Shown here piece after piece: positions 63,590-63,644 of a stretch of DNA of 63,644 bases. This DNA comes from an uncultured Methanosarcinales archaeon (GTDB lineage: Archaea > Nanobdellota > Nanobdellia > Woesearchaeales > GW2011-AR9): the NCBI GenBank assembly GCA_964576385.1, contig CAZNUS010000001.1, positions 30,668 through 94,311 of the forward strand, read 5' to 3'. Under the pieces are notes generated by a model, which saw nothing but the letters and a program-made list of their open reading frames with translations, did not search any database and was not told where the DNA came from. Positions within the stretch are counted from its first letter, which is position 1. Each line of letters starts with the position of its first letter. A program made the translations under genes and the position numbers.

Positions 63590-63644
63590 TTATCTCCTTC
63601 TTTTAACCCACCTTACGCCTAGCCATACTAATGCGCCTGCGATT
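63590..63644. repeat. 55-bp exact direct repeat, copy 2 (runs into the window edge; probably the 3' end of a minus-strand gene)
   Basis: Identical to 62948-63002. Similarity with small indels extends about 20 nt further on the A/T-rich side (62924-62947 vs 63569-63589). Confidence 0.85.

Noticed and set aside
62948-63644. A diversity-generating retroelement TR/VR pair
   Set aside because: The two repeat copies are identical rather than differing at adenines. No reverse transcriptase gene is present, and the repeat encodes a TM anchor rather than a variable ligand-binding fold.
1-63644. tRNA, rRNA, SRP RNA, transposase and integrase genes
   Set aside because: I scanned the GC-richer patches of all spacers for cloverleaf-like or rRNA-like sequence, and all ORF translations for DDE, serine/tyrosine recombinase or TnpB-like motifs. 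I found none. This is a by-eye negative and should be confirmed with tRNAscan-SE, Infernal/Rfam and ISfinder searches.

Overview
This is a 63.6-kb AT-rich chromosomal segment from an archaeon. The archaeal markers are archaeal-type PheRS alpha and beta, r-proteins L34e and L14e, Pelota, PAN, FEN1 with a C-terminal PIP box, tRNA-splicing endonuclease and Trm5. The compact gene set, the many secreted or membrane proteins and the patchy metabolism suggest a DPANN-like small-genome lineage, but that is inference only. I support about 60 protein genes. They include housekeeping translation and replication genes. There is a pyrimidine module of pyrC, a fused pyrE-pyrF and upp. There is a sugar-phosphate module of a transaldolase-family gene, rpe, rpiB, class II fba and a PfkB kinase. 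An extracytoplasmic disulfide theme combines a VKOR-thioredoxin fusion, a DsbA-like protein and very Cys-rich secreted proteins. Two toxin-antitoxin pairs are present (MNT/HEPN and VapBC). Several larger orphan genes look R-richer and GC-richer (30-1610, 1651-2358, 8115-9182, 39583-41970, 57991-59316). By eye I found no rRNA, tRNA, CRISPR array, transposase or integrase. The most striking unannotated signal is in the intergenic DNA. At least seven families of short palindromic elements recur there, with conserved termini or loops. They differ by insertion of further hairpin modules inside older ones (a Russian-doll architecture). One family has two identical 95-bp copies. Two copies of another family flank a gene, and a bipartite inverted repeat encloses a bacterial-type proline iminopeptidase gene. 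All repeats were found by reading, not by exhaustive alignment, so more copies are likely. Protein functions are motif-based recognitions and have not been searched against databases.
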